The notes under the pieces are model-generated. The model was not told where the DNA came from, did not search any database, and saw nothing but the letters and a program-made list of their open reading frames with translations. A DNA stretch of 64,000 nucleotides from Eledone cirrhosa (taxonomy: Eukaryota), in NCBI GenBank assembly GCA_964016885.1, contig OZ024746.1, forward strand, positions 47,802,001 to 47,866,000, read 5' to 3'. Positions within the stretch are counted from its first letter, which is position 1, and each line of letters starts with the position of its first letter. Below are positions 15,646-31,229 of the stretch, in pieces. Position numbers and translations under genes: made by a program.

Positions 15646-15687
<42 letters not shown>

Positions 15688-15763
15688 GATGTATATAAAT
15701 ATATATATATTTATATATATATATAGATGTATATATATATAAATATATATATATATGTAGATG

Positions 15764-15800
<37 letters not shown>

Positions 15801-15808
15801 GTAGATGT

Positions 15809-15856
<48 letters not shown>

Positions 15857-15964
15857 ATATATATATGTAGATGTATATATATATATAAATATATATATAT
15901 ATTTATATATATGTATATATATATGTAGATGTATATATATATATATATATATATGTAGATGTAT

Positions 15965-16020
<56 letters not shown>

Positions 16021-16579
16021 TAAACAGAAAAGAAAATGCTGACAAATTGTTCCCAGTGAAAAATAGTTTAATTAGGAATAAGTAAAAATTAGTGATAGTA
16101 TTGGTTAGTATTCAGTTTTGGTTTTAAGTTTTACCGGTTGCGCATTTCTAATGCTTTTCAAATAATTTTGAGATAGAGCGCCCGTGATGTTTGCTCTAAT
16201 CTGATAAATTTTGGAAATTTTACCTGTTTTATGTGAAAAAAGTAGCTCCAGATGTATTAAAATAAGTTTCGCGCTAATTCGTGTTGCAAAAATTCTTGTG
16301 GTCAAAACAATTTTGATTGGTCGGTAGAGGTCATGTGAATGTTAAAAATTGATTTTGCGCCAAATGTAGGTTTGTGTCGGCTGATTGAGAAGTCACTGAA
16401 AAATAAGTCTTTCAAAACAAATATGTGTGTGTGTGTGTGTGTAGTAGTAGTAGTAAAGAGGTTCGTTGTTGTGATAATGGTCAGCAGGGATGTGTGTGCG
16501 AACCGCAGCCTGTTGACAGTTCAAATGCCTATTAAGACAAGTGTGTGTGTTTGTGCGTGTGTGTGTGTGTGTATGTGTA

Positions 16580-16695
<116 letters not shown>

Positions 16696-16765
16696 ATATA
16701 ATATATAGGCTTGGTAAAATTGTAACTATTTCTAACTATTTCTAACTCACTGTACGGTATTTTAG

Positions 16766-16900
16766 GTTGTATGGGTAACGGCCACCTTACCTTATATTGT
16801 TCTATTGGTGCTGCTGGTACGAGGGTGTTCTCTTCCTGGATCTTATGAGGGCATTATTTACTATCTCAAACCCAACTGGAGTATGCTTTTAAAAGCAAAT
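16766..16900 (+). CDS. SLC6A4: SERT-like exon 3 in window (TM5); absent from ORF track
   Basis: TAG acceptor, GTAAGT donor, 135 bp phase 0-0; [45 protein letters not shown]. Confidence 0.95.
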
Positions 16901-17725
16901 GTAAGTATTGCGCCTTCTTGTTTCTTCCTGTTTGCTGCTTATCACATTTTGTCATCCCGGATCCAGTAGATCTATAATAGTTTCTAATTTTGGCATAAGG
17001 CCAGCAATTTGGAAAGGGGGTAAAGTCCATTATTCTGACCCAGTATTTGACTAGTACTGTATTTTATCGATCTCGGAAGGATAGAAGGCAAAGTTGACCT
17101 CAGTGGGATTTGAAATCAGAACGTAATGAGCTATGAAAAATACTGCTAAGCATTTGTCTGACGCTCCAATGACTAACTTCGTCAATCTACAAGGGAAGTC
17201 TCGCACCAACGCATTAAAAACAATTTAGTATACATGTACATTGTATTGTATTAATAACGAAAATTATATAGAAATAACAAAAGTTTAATTTACATCATCC
17301 TATGATCTGTGATTTTAAGGAACTGATTGAGTCCAATAGTTGACATTTTGGCACGACAGATCATGCTGTTGGTGCATGACTTACGTATAATAAACCTTGT
17401 ATAATAAAAGCATTGCTGCAAATCTATTATGAAAATCATTTGAACTCAGAAAATAAAGAACGAGAACAAATACCACGATGTCATTTTATCCGACGTCCTA
17501 CCAATTCTGCAAATGCGTTACCATTGGATTCATGTACATATTAAAAAAAAATGTTCATGCCTGATTAGGAGGTGAATAGTTCGACAAATTATAATAATAT
17601 TTTTCAACGTCAACTAACAATTATTTTAAACCCAAAGTACTATATATTTCATTCCTAATTTATAGTACTGTATACCTTATTCTAAATATATAGTTCTCTA
17701 TACTTCATTCGTTAAATTATAAGTA

Positions 17726-17936
17726 CGAGGGCTGGCTGAAACGTTCATAGGCTGACTATGAAGGAGTGATGCTAGAGCTGTGAAATCTTGCATTAATTTC
17801 AACTCTTCTTATTAATTAACTGCATTCTTTCTTTCTAGGGACTATGTTAGAAAATAAACCTCATTTGGCCATTCCATGAAGGTGTCATGGTCAGTCTATG
17901 AACCGTTCAGCCTATAAACCTTCCAACAGAACCTCG
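17726..17936. mobile_element. Tc1/mariner-type MITE
   Basis: TA|CGAGGGCTGGCTGAAACGTT..AACCTTCCAACAGAACCTCG|TA imperfect TIRs with TA target duplication. Confidence 0.65.
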
Positions 17937-17976
17937 TATATAAAGTTTGTCTTGATTTTTCTATCTTTATTTCTAG

Positions 17977-18081
<105 letters not shown>

Positions 18082-18214
18082 TAAGTAACCAATTCATTAA
18101 GTAATAATTTTATATTACATATTTTATCTGAGTTTGTGAGTTGAAATGCTCGGCATTTACATCTTTGTTTGCTGCACTTTCCACAACCCATCGAACAAAC
18201 TACAACACCGTCAC

Positions 18215-18247
<33 letters not shown>

Positions 18248-18277
18248 TGTATGTATGTATGTATGTATGTATGTATG

Positions 18278-18378
<101 letters not shown>

Positions 18379-18403
18379 GTATATATATATATATATATAT
18401 ATA

Positions 18404-18440
<37 letters not shown>

Positions 18441-18463
18441 GTATATATATATATATATATATA

Positions 18464-18520
<57 letters not shown>

Positions 18521-18529
<9 letters not shown>

Positions 18530-19357
18530 TAAACAAATAATGAATAAAACAATGAAATAGTTCCTTATATTAAACAAAAAAAGTTCATTATTTAACGATC
18601 GTTTCTAGGATATATATGTGTTAGAATTGGCATGCATATTCAACAGATCTATGTACAAAATTATACAAAATTATACAAACTATCAAGATTAAATATACAT
18701 ACCAACACATATATACGCCGTCTTCAGAAATAATGAAATATATTTATTGATAATAACAACAATTCAAAATTTCAGGTCCGTTTGGGAACAAAATTGACCA
18801 ATGAAAATACAAAAGGTTTTATGCAGTTCGGTGTGTGTATATACATGTAACTACCCTTACACATATTTTACAAAAATGTATGCTCAACATGTATACGCAT
18901 ACCAAAAGGATGGATGCAAATACAAAATTTCAAGGTTAATGTCTCTGTAAGTTTATAATGCACAGATAAGATGCGTATAGACACATAAATATGAAATAAG
19001 TGTATACACATATTCTCATACTCACACATATCCGTACAATCACACACACGCGCGCGTATATGCATAAACATACACATAATTACGAACATACAAACACACA
19101 CACACCCCCACTCACATATATATATGTGGATATAATATCATAAGCACATGGATATTAATTCACTCACATAAACACTGTCACACACATTTAGATCAAGATA
19201 CAGAAATTAGGTGGGAGGGGGGGAGAGGTCAGTATTCAACGGTTTGGGCAGACTGCTTATTATAGATGTATCTATAAACTAAGAAAATAAAAAATAAAAA
19301 ATAAAAATTAAAAAGGAAAGAAAAGAAAAAGAAAAAAGAAAAAAGAAATATATCAAG

Positions 19358-19405
<48 letters not shown>

Positions 19406-19533
19406 AATATATATATATATATATATATACATAAACACATACATACATATACACACATCCACACTTAGAACATACATACACACACATATATAAACATATA
19501 CATATACACACATACACACATATACACACATAC

Positions 19534-19582
<49 letters not shown>

Positions 19583-19881
19583 TACACATATAATCACACA
19601 TACTATATAGACACACATATATATACACACATACACGCACATATACATACACATACATACTTATATACATACAGATATACACATACATACCTATATATAG
19701 ACGCAAATACATACAGATATACATACATACATACACACAAATACTTACGCATCCATATATCGGTATATACATACAAACACCACTACACTCTCACACAACT
19801 CAGACATACAAAGAAAAAGGTATATACCTATATACATATACATATACAAATAGAAATACATATACATATATATATATATAT

Positions 19882-19920
<39 letters not shown>

Positions 19921-20108
19921 CACATATACACACATATACATACATACACATACATACATGTACACACACATACATATACATACATACACACATACATACA
20001 TATATAGTCATACACACACATACACCTACACGAACATACACATACACATATATAAAGATATATACACACACACACACACATACACACACACACATATATA
20101 TAAAATAA

Positions 20109-20149
<41 letters not shown>

Positions 20150-20476
20150 CATATACATACACACATACATAGACATATATGTACATACATACACATACAT
20201 ACATACATACACACACATATATACATATATATACACACATAGACACATACATATATACACACACAACATACATACACACACATATATACTCATACATAGA
20301 ATTAGATATATATTCATACATACATACGCACTTACATATACTCATATATACAAATACATACGCATCCATATATGCGTATATACATACAAACACCACTACA
20401 CCCTCACACAACTCAGACATACAAAGAAAAAGGCATATACATATACATATATACACGCATTAATAGAGATATATAT

Positions 20477-20513
<37 letters not shown>

Positions 20514-20735
20514 CACTTATATATATATACATCCACACACACATACAACCATAAACACACATACAAAACATACAAACACACACATACACATATATATACA
20601 CATACATATATATACACACACACACAAAAAACAGACATACATATATATATTTTTTTACACATATATATACACATATATATACATATACACACCCTCACAT
20701 ATACACACATACACATAAGTTATATTATAATAATA

Positions 20736-20792
<57 letters not shown>

Positions 20793-21041
20793 CGAATATA
20801 GACATATATACACACATAGATATATATATATATATATATACATATACACACACACACACATACACTCACATATATATGTGCGCACACGTACATATATACA
20901 CATACACACATATACACGTAAACACATACATGTGCATACATGCACACACACACATATACCCACATAGATACGAAGATAGACATATAAATAGAGAGACATA
21001 CATATATATACACACACATATATACATACATACATACACAC

Positions 21042-21086
<45 letters not shown>

Positions 21087-21916
21087 CACACATACACGCC
21101 CACACACATATACACATATACACATATATATACATACACACATACACATACACATATATATACACATGCATATATACACATATATATATACATACACACA
21201 TATATATACACACAATCTTACATTCTTATTAGCATGCGCATATATGTATTTTTATATTCAGATATAAATACCCAAACATATATACACCTACCTACATATA
21301 TATTCATACATACACGCTTATAAACACAGATGATAATAGTATGGGGGAAAGGGGGGGGGGGGGTTGGAGAAGGGGATTATAGTAAATATATGTTTCAAGA
21401 AACATAGAATATTATCTGTATCTGGATCCAATGTATGTTTTTACATAGTTTCAGTGTTAGGAAATACAAGAAATAAGGCAAAATTTATGCATTTCAAAAT
21501 AAATAAGTATACCATTAATTATATGTTAACTAAACTAAAGATAGTTAACATATTGATTTCTAAGGTGTAAATTAGTTAGGTTTATAATATTTGAAGCAGA
21601 ATTTTGAAGTTAAATAGTAGTAGAGTATTAATTATAGTATAACTAAATTAAAGTTAATAACGTTATGGTATCAATATTAGGAAATGAATTTAGTAATAGG
21701 GAAAAAACAAATAAAGTATTACATCGGTAGTAGAATATAAATTATAGGTTAACTAAATTAAAAATTATATATTAATTTCTATATTATATGTTAATTAGGT
21801 ATATAATAAATAAAACAGATATTGTATTTTATCAATAGCAGAATATAATTATATGCAAATAGAAATCAAAATTAATACATATACATATACATATACATAC
21901 ACATATATATATACAT

Positions 21917-21955
<39 letters not shown>

Positions 21956-22199
21956 TACATACACATACATATACATACATACATATACATATTTTTTCAA
22001 AAATTGCAAAGAATATATTAACTAGGTATATATCAAAAACACATCCCATTCTATGATTACATGACATTCTGCAATCCGTCTGTATAAGGATACTAATTTT
22101 AAGCCGATTAAATTAAATTTTTAGGTTGACTAAATTTAAAACCAAATTATAAATATATTTCTAAAATGTATATTATGTGTGTATATATGTCTATATTCG

Positions 22200-22246
<47 letters not shown>

Positions 22247-22468
22247 TATTATTATAATATAACTTATGTGTATGTGTGTATATGTGAGGGTGTGTATATG
22301 TATATATATGTGTATATATATGTGTAAAAAAATATATATATGTATGTCTGTTTTTTGTGTGTGTGTGTATATATATGTATGTGTATATATATGTGTATGT
22401 GTGTGTTTGTATGTTTTGTATGTGTGTTTATGGTTGTATGTGTGTGTGGATGTATATATATATAAGTG

Positions 22469-22499
<31 letters not shown>

Positions 22500-22830
22500 G
22501 TGTATATATATCTCTATTAATGCGTGTATATATGTATATGTATATGCCTTTTTCTTTGTATGTCTGAGTTGTGTGAGGGTGTAGTGGTGTTTGTATGTAT
22601 ATACGCATATATGGATGCGTATGTATTTGTATATATGAGTATATGTAAGTGCGTATGTATGTATGAATATATATCTAATTCTATGTATGAGTATATATGT
22701 GTGTGTATGTATGTTGTGTGTGTATATATGTATGTGTCTATGTGTGTATATATATGTATATATGTGTGTGTATGTATGTATGTATGTGTATGTATGTACA
22801 TATATGTCTATGTATGTGTGTATGTATATG

Positions 22831-22875
<45 letters not shown>

Positions 22876-23067
22876 TTATTTTATATATATGTGTGTGTGT
22901 GTATGTGTGTGTGTGTGTATATATATCTTTATATATGTGTATGTGTATGTTCGTGTAGGTGTATGTGTGTGTATGACTATATATGTATGTATGTATGTGT
23001 GTATGTATGTATATGTATGTGTGTGTACATGTATGTATGTGTATGTATGTATATGTGTGTATATGTG

Positions 23068-23104
<37 letters not shown>

Positions 23105-23411
23105 ATATATATATATATATATATGTATATGTATTTCTATTTGTATATGTATATGTATATAGGTATATACCTTTTTCTTTGTATGTCTGAGTTGTGTGAG
23201 AGTGTAGTGGTGTTTGTATGTATATACCGATATATGGATGCGTAAGTATTTGTGTGTATGTATGTATGTATGTATATCTGTATGTATTTGCGTCTATATA
23301 TAGGTATGTATGTGTATATCTGTATGTATATAAGTATGTATGTGTATGTATATGTGCGTGTATGTGTGTATATATATGTGTGTCTATATAGTATGTGTGA
23401 TTATATGTGTA

Positions 23412-23458
<47 letters not shown>

Positions 23459-23572
23459 GTATGTGTGTATATGTGTGTATGTGTGTATATGTATATGTTT
23501 ATATATGTTCTAAGTGTGGATGTGTGTATATGTATGTATGTGTTTATGTATATATATATATATATATATATT

Positions 23573-23609
<37 letters not shown>

Positions 23610-24585
23610 TTTCTTGATATATTTCTTTTTTCTTTTTTCTTTTTCTTTTCTTTCCTTTTTAATTTTTATTTTTTATTTTTTATTTTCTTAGTTTATAGAT
23701 ACATCTATAATAAGCAGTCTGCCCAAACCGTTGAATACTGACCTCTCCCCCCCTCCCACCTAATTTCTGTATCTTGATCTAAATGTGTGTGACAGTGTTT
23801 ATGTGAGTGAATTAATATCCATGTGCTTATGATATTATATCCACATATATATATGTGAGTGGGGGTGTGTGTGTGTTTGTATGTTCGTAATTATGTGTAT
23901 GTTTATGCATATACGCGCGCGTGTGTGTGATTGTACGGATATGTGTGAGTATGAGAATATGTGTATACACTTATTTCATATTTATGTGTCTATACGCATC
24001 TTATCTGTGCATTATAAACTTACAGAGACATTAACCTTGAAATTTTGTATTTGCATCCATCCTTTTGGTATGCGTATACATGTTGAGCATACATTTTTGT
24101 AAAATATGTGTAAGGGTAGTTACATGTATATACACACACCGAACTGCATAAAACCTTTTGTATTTTCATTGGTCAATTTTGTTCCCAAACGGACCTGAAA
24201 TTTTGAATTGTTGTTATTATCAATAAATATATTTCATTATTTCTGAAGACGGCGTATATATGTGTTGGTATGTATATTTAATCTTGATAGTTTGTATAAT
24301 TTTGTATAATTTTGTACATAGATCTGTTGAATATGCATGCCAATTCTAACACATATATATCCTAGAAACGATCGTTAAATAATGAACTTTTTTTGTTTAA
24401 TATAAGGAACTATTTCATTGTTTTATTCATTATTTGTTTAATATTTTATCTTGACTCTGTATACCGTTTATCTTTCACCGAAAGTGATTTTTCATTACAT
24501 CTCTTCTTTCCATGATATCCGGAATACATTGAGTTCTTCATACGGATTGGACACTACCGTAAACTCTTGGTAGATTTATCTACAT
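18521..24585. mobile_element. Large fold-back element: arms 18521-20818 and 22174-24449, 1.35-kb spacer, one-sided tail 24450-24585
   Basis: Arms are reverse complements except for microsatellite length; mirrored ORFs 18868-19101(-) and 23869-24102(+) are identical. Confidence 0.92.
24233..24386 (+). ncRNA. Type I hammerhead with extended stem II (family D); mirror copy 18584-18737(-), others 37866-38015(+) and 60886-61023(-)
   Basis: Stem I TTCATTATTT/AAATAATGAA, CTGAAGA, about 115-nt stem II region, GAAA, palindromic ACGATCGT, GUU site (GUA in the 60.9-kb copy). Confidence 0.75.
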
Positions 24586-25082
24586 ATATATATATATATA
24601 TATATATATAAACACACACACATACATACATATATATATTTGTGTGTGTGTGTATCAATTATATTTATTATTTATATATCCACGTTTGACATCTTGCACA
24701 TACGATTTAGTCAGCAGTAATGATTTCTAACACAAGCATAGGGCTACATATTTGAATGTCGGCTAAATTTATTATATCTCCTATCTGAATTTTATTGACT
24801 TGGAAAAAAATGAAGGTGATTTGAACTCTGAGACATAAGTAAATAATAGAAATTACTTTATTCGTTGCTGTACTGATTTGTCCGAGCGACTGTCAGTGAA
24901 AATACAGTGCAATGGCCAATATGTCACTACGATAAAACATTGGGCAGAGACACGGTTGACTGAATCCATCAATAATTTATAATTTATGTTTTTTGTTTAA
25001 TAAAAGGAATACGCAGTTCGATGAAATCAAAATAAATGAACGGTAATTTAAAACGAAGTCACTGCTGTGTATTTGTACACAC

Positions 25083-25132
<50 letters not shown>

Positions 25133-26398
25133 TACAGAAGATTATTTGTCACTGATATACAGAAAAATCCCAATGAAAAGACAGCTAAAATTATCTATTC
25201 AGAGAGGTTATACATATAGAATAACTTATACAAAGTTATCCATGGGTAGATTCCTAGTAAACCAACCTAAAATAAGACCTTACTTGGTGGGTTGATCTAC
25301 GCATGCGTGAAATTTTACAACACGATGGATCGATAATTGACGTATTCTGTGAATATTATTTGATACGCCGAGGTTAATTTTGCCTTTCATCCTTACGGGG
25401 TCGATAAAATAAAGCACCAGTAATGCACTGATTAATTGCTGGCCTTGTGCCAAAAGTAGAAACAATTATTTCTTCTCCCCCACCTCCAAAGTTGAATTGG
25501 GTTTTAAAAAAATGTAACCATGTTATTGCAATGAACAAATTAGGTCTTTGGTAATATTATGATGTAAAGATTAAATAAAATTAATTCTTTCCATATTTTG
25601 TTATTTTTAAAGAAATACTAATCCTTTTATTTCTTATTCATATATTTATTCGTTTATTTGTTAAACAAAACAACAAGAAGAGTAATAGCAAAAAAAAAAA
25701 AAAAAAAAAATGAAATAAAATAACAACAAAGATAAGATCAACATTTCAAGAGAAACAAGATATCTTCACCTGCCGGAAAGAGATTTATGAAATTATGTTG
25801 CATTTGTGGAACCACTTTGGTGGTAGAGTTTCGGTAAACGTAAGAAATATGTATAATTTTTCTTTTTCAAACCAAACATAAGAAGCTGACGGGATTTGGT
25901 GTTTCGTTTTGGGTGAAATGGACCGTCGAGGGGTTGTTCCAAGATACAGTTTACCGTAAAAATGTTTCTGAGTTCCTCAGTCAGTGAAATATGGCAATGC
26001 ACTGATTGGAGAAGGCAGAAAACATTATTATGGAATTTTGACGTAAGCCAGCTGGAACTATATATTCAAATACGAAACCCCAAACACCGAAGAAAACAAA
26101 GACACATGACACAGAACATCTCGGAATCGAAGAAGAAATTAAACATCAACAGAATTTGAAAGATAATTTTCTTTTCATTGACAGTCATAAAAGAATTTGA
26201 ATTTCTGTAAATATAATAGAGAGCGAAATTGAAACGGATAAAATATCACTGCAATATTTAATTATTCACTGATATTTATAAAATGAATTAATTCGGAGTA
26301 AGAAAATAATGTATGTCACAAATTTGTGTATAGGTTGATATGTATTGATGTGATAAATGTATTATATTTTTATATTTCAGAACTATATATTGATTACT

Positions 26399-26524
<126 letters not shown>

Positions 26525-26585
26525 TATATATACATATATGAAATAGAAATGGCTTCTACAGGACTAGAACCGTTTCATTCGGGAG

Positions 26586-26670
<85 letters not shown>

Positions 26671-26689
26671 GTTGTATGGTTGCATGAAA

Positions 26690-27310
26690 AATGCGACCCT
26701 AGGCGCTATGCCGGTTGAGCACTCGATGCTCGCGCAGAGCTGAGTATAATACTATAAGGATAAAGAACAAGGATTCAGTTTTGCATCATAACATATTTAA
26801 TAACATTACATATGTTTCACTATCGATCATCTCGAGGCAAGACCTATTATAGATGGAACCTAACTCTGTAATCGAAAGGTCGTCAGGTATGTTTAGTATA
26901 TGAGTGCGTCTCCGATTCTGTGTGTTCAAATCTTCAGCTATTAGCTATCTACAGCACATATTAGCATCATGTTATTTTAGGCCCGTTCATTGGTTCAATT
27001 ATCCCATCATCATCATCAGTCTATCCTCGGATGGCGGCTGTCTATCCTCTGGTCAAGCTGTCGTGGGCGTTCAGGCGTGGGAGGTCGTTGGCCTGATCGG
27101 AGGACAGACAACCGCCACCCGAGGGTAGACTGGTGATGATGGGATAATTGAACCAATGAACGGGCGTAGAATAATATGATATAATATGTGCTGTAGTTAG
27201 CTAATAGCTGAAGATCTATAATATCGAGCTGATCGATAGTGAAACATATGTAATATGTTATTAAATATGTTATGATGCAACACTGAATCCTTATTCCTTA
27301 TCCTTATAAT
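26690..27310. mobile_element. Fold-back element family C with hammerhead motifs (26802-26893 minus; 27208-27258 plus)
   Basis: Inverted arms about 26930-27058 and 27090-27215 plus outer arms; CTGACGA..GAAACATATGTA (minus) and CTGAAGA..GAAACATATGTA (plus). Confidence 0.75.
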
Positions 27311-27496
27311 ATATATATATATATATATATAGTAATAATAATAAAATTGAAGACTAAAATCCAAAGAGGGCTCGATAAGGAAAATATATATCAAATATAT
27401 AAGAACCGTAGAGCAAATATTTATTAAAATAACAGATTAAAGTTTAAGCAAAGAATCGCTGCTTTCACCTTTAACGGGATCTTCTGAAACTAACAA

Positions 27497-27527
<31 letters not shown>

Positions 27528-27562
27528 TGTATGTATGTATGTATGTATATATGTGTATGTAT

Positions 27563-27613
<51 letters not shown>

Positions 27614-27618
27614 TGTGT

Positions 27619-27691
<73 letters not shown>

Positions 27692-27902
27692 CTATTTACT
27701 TTCTGGAGTTTTACAAAATTACTTTTGGTTCATATTTTATTCTCGTCGATGTCAGTTTCCAAAGAGAACAAATATATTCGAAATAAAAGAATTTATTTAA
27801 TTCGACCACACTATATTTGCTTTTATATTTAGTACTTTAATGTATATCGGGTCTACTTAATTAATGTAGCCTTCGGGTTATACACAAAACACACACACAG
27901 AC

Positions 27903-27935
<33 letters not shown>

Positions 27936-28024
27936 TATTTATTTTTGTTTTGTGTATGAATATGAATAAATAATATATCTCAGCCCTCTCGCCGTTTGAG
28001 CATTATTTTCCTTTTTCCTTTTCA

Positions 28025-28103
<79 letters not shown>

Positions 28104-28192
28104 CACAAAATTGTATTATGAAATTGCATATTTTTAGAGTAAATGGATCTCTGTCACTTTCGACGAGCAATAGTCGAAGTTTTCGTCAGCTA

Positions 28193-28450
28193 TCTATCTA
28201 AAACAGAGAATGTCTGTCTGTCTGACTCCCTAAAACTCGAGAACCACCCAACCGATTTTTTCCAACCTTTACACATGTAATACTTATAGTCGTGTGAGTG
28301 TTATGAGCAAAATATATTTTAAATTTTCAATGGCCTAGGGACCGCATTAGGCGCCGGTAACGATCTCTCTCTATCTTTCTTAGTCTGTCTATAACGTAGC
28401 GCCCTTATAATATCTGTCTGTATTTCTGGCTGTCTGCATTACGACATTAT
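28193..28450 (+). mobile_element. Possible non-autonomous Helitron-type fragment
   Basis: TCTATCTAAAA..(TGTC)n..CTCGAGAAC..CAACCGATTTT resembles invertebrate Helitron-derived 5' ends. Confidence 0.35.
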
Positions 28451-28598
28451 GACACTATCCGTGTGTGTATATATATGTATATATAGTGTGTGTACATATA
28501 TATAGTGTGTAACGTTTTTCGAAATATTTACTTCTGCGTTCACAGATTGATTTTTTTAAGATCCCGTTAAGGGTGAAGGCACCAATTCTTCGCTTAAA

Positions 28599-28698
<100 letters not shown>

Positions 28699-29512
28699 TA
28701 TATTTGTGTACAGATATTTTTGCATACACAATAGCAAAATATAAACAAACGTATTTATTTCACGAGGCTTGATAAGGATAAATATGTATCAAATATATAA
28801 GGACCCTAGAGCAAATATTGTTCTCATTGTTGACGAGGCAGAAGGGGATATACACGATTGACTGAAGAAGGGCGAGACTGTGTTAGTAGTACGACCAACG
28901 GCTGCTATCACACCAACAGCAGCAAAAACAACAACAAAAAGGAGAGGGAACGCAATTACATGCTTTTGAAAATTCTTAATGGAAAATTATTTGCCTATTC
29001 ACCCAAGGCGACTTCACTTTTTATTAGGACTTCTGCATCAACTGGTGAACATATGATGAAACTGTTTCAGAAAGGAGGGATAAACAATCTGGGCCGTTCT
29101 GCTAGTATTAACTATTGCGTGACTGTGTACTTAAGTATTCCACGGACGCTTGTACTTTTAACGCAATCGTTTTTATAATATCTGTTTTATTGTTTATAAA
29201 GTGCTTATAATGAAAACATTGAACTAATTAAAGAAATACGTCACTGCACACCTGTAAGATCATGGTTTTATATTTTTTTTATTCGGCTTCTCCCGCAAGG
29301 CATAAAACCATTTCCATTCCGGCTCGCCTCCAAAATTGTTTGCTGAGGCCCTAATGCAAAATATAATTGTTGACAAATGCTGTTCTTTGAACTAATGCCG
29401 TTTCAGTTCTTTTTATAATACTTAAGGTGCATGTTTGGTATTTTCAGCAGCCTTCTTTTGTTTTCTATTTTAATTTAATTTTCATTGATCTGACACCTCC
29501 TTTTATCTACAG

Positions 29513-29637
29513 AGATGCACTTATAACAAGTGCAGTTAACTGTTGCACTAGCTTTTTTGCCGGATTTGCCGTTTTCTCTGTCCTTGGTTACATGGCCCAT
29601 GTGCACAAGAAAAGCGTTGCAGACGTATCACGTGAAG
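29513..29637 (+). CDS. SLC6A4: SERT-like exon 5 in window (TM7)
   Basis: CAG acceptor, GTAAG donor; [41 protein letters not shown] with N368/S372 equivalents. Confidence 0.95.
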
Positions 29638-30460
29638 GTAAGATCTAATTGTGCATTTATAAATGATGAACTTGTTTAGCTCTCACATCAGTACATGTAA
29701 TGTAAACCATTCAAAGTTCTTTTTTCTCTCGTAATCCTGCGTTTTCCATAAATATTATTTATTTAATTCGTAACATTGATTCAAATGGAAAACATTTATA
29801 TGTCGGATTGATCTATATACTCTCTTTTCTTATCTAGTCACCTGCCAGGTAAGTGGAATTTGGGTGAATCTTTGTTGTAAGTTAAAGTCGATCAAGTAAA
29901 AGAATCGTTCTGTGAGGACAAATAAATGAGAGAGCCTCTAGTAGTTATATATCAAAGGAACCGTTTGTATTGTGTGTAGAGTTCTAAGCCAAGAAACTAT
30001 TTTCAGTTGATTAATCTCTTATTTATGGAACAGTTCATCCGATTCATCGCTCCGTGTACCGGAAAACTAAGAAGGGATCGTACTATCTCGCACTTCCCTA
30101 AACGAAATTCCGAATTCTCTTATTAGTGAATCGAAGCATTCTTGTTCCAGTTTGTAAAAGTCTTCTCGAAGGACTTATTCATATGACTTAGCATTTATTT
30201 TCTTATAGAACCTAAAATACGCACAATAACAACAAAAAAGCTGCTCTCTCCCTAAAATCTCGCTAATAAAATTCCTACAAAAATAATTTCGGTATAAATT
30301 CATAATGTTATATTGTTGCTTATTAAGAGAGTTCTGTGTTTCCTGTTTAACTGATCTCGTAGAAATTTAGCGGCTTAATTCAAAACAATCATCAAGTATT
30401 AAAGATCAATTTGGCATTTTAAATGTTATAGTTATAAGTTATATAATACACCTACACACG

Positions 30461-30495
<35 letters not shown>

Positions 30496-30610
30496 AAAAT
30501 AGTCAGGACCCCGACGGTTGAGCTCCGGCCGTTTCGTCGATCTAGCTGTCGAAACGGCCGGAGCTCAGCCGTCGGGGTCCTGACTATTTTCCTATATATA
30601 TATATATATA

Positions 30611-30783
30611 TATAAAGAAAAAAAGATGAAATCGAAAATGCAACTGGAGTCTTATTTTTAAAAATATATATATATTTTTAAAAATAAGACTCCAGTTGTA
30701 TTTTCGATTTCATCTTTTTTTCTTTATACTTTCACTCGTGTAGGACACCTCGGTTATTTTTCATTTTGTAAAAAAAACCTCAC

Positions 30784-30790
<7 letters not shown>
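30611..30790. repeat. About 118-nt palindrome with one-sided tail between (TA)n arrays
   Basis: AAAGAAAAAAAGATGAAATCGAAAAT..ATTTTCGATTTCATCTTTTTTTCTTT. Confidence 0.85.
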
Positions 30791-30872
<82 letters not shown>

Positions 30873-30954
30873 TTTTTCCCGGGTTCAATCGGGGGTAACC
30901 ACAGTAAGTAAGGTACTCAATACATAGCATAGTATAAATATTTAATATAGAAAT

Positions 30955-31005
30955 GGCTTCTACAGGACTAGAACTGTTTCATTCGGAAGAAATCATCAGG
31001 AAGCC
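30955..31005 (-). ncRNA. Compact type I hammerhead (family B); partial copy near 26550, inverted pair at 61651-61775
   Basis: Minus strand GGCTTC CTGATGA TTTC-TTCC-GAAT GAAA CAG-TTCTAGTC-CTG TA GAAGCC: all three stems and a GUA site. Confidence 0.82.
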
Positions 31006-31229
31006 CAGAGTTAAAAAATATTTTTTCGCGCACCCTCTCTAACCGTTCCCTTTCAAATAAACGCGTTACAATGATTGACAAGCGCTACTACATCTCTTTC
31101 CCTCTTTCTCTCCCTCTCATTCGCACACACACACTGTTACTTTCCCCTTTCTAACGAGGCCGATGTTTTACACGAAATATGCAACAGCTTTCATATAACA
31201 TCTTATTTGTCGATATTTTCTTGTTGCAG

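Noticed and set aside
20819-22173. Coding remnant in the spacer of the large inverted repeat
   Set aside because: No RT or endonuclease motif recognised in the frames inspected by eye
26930-27215. Transition-only mismatches between hairpin arms as fossil A-to-I editing
   Set aside because: Changes run in both directions (G-U and A-C on the same strand), as expected from ordinary transition bias
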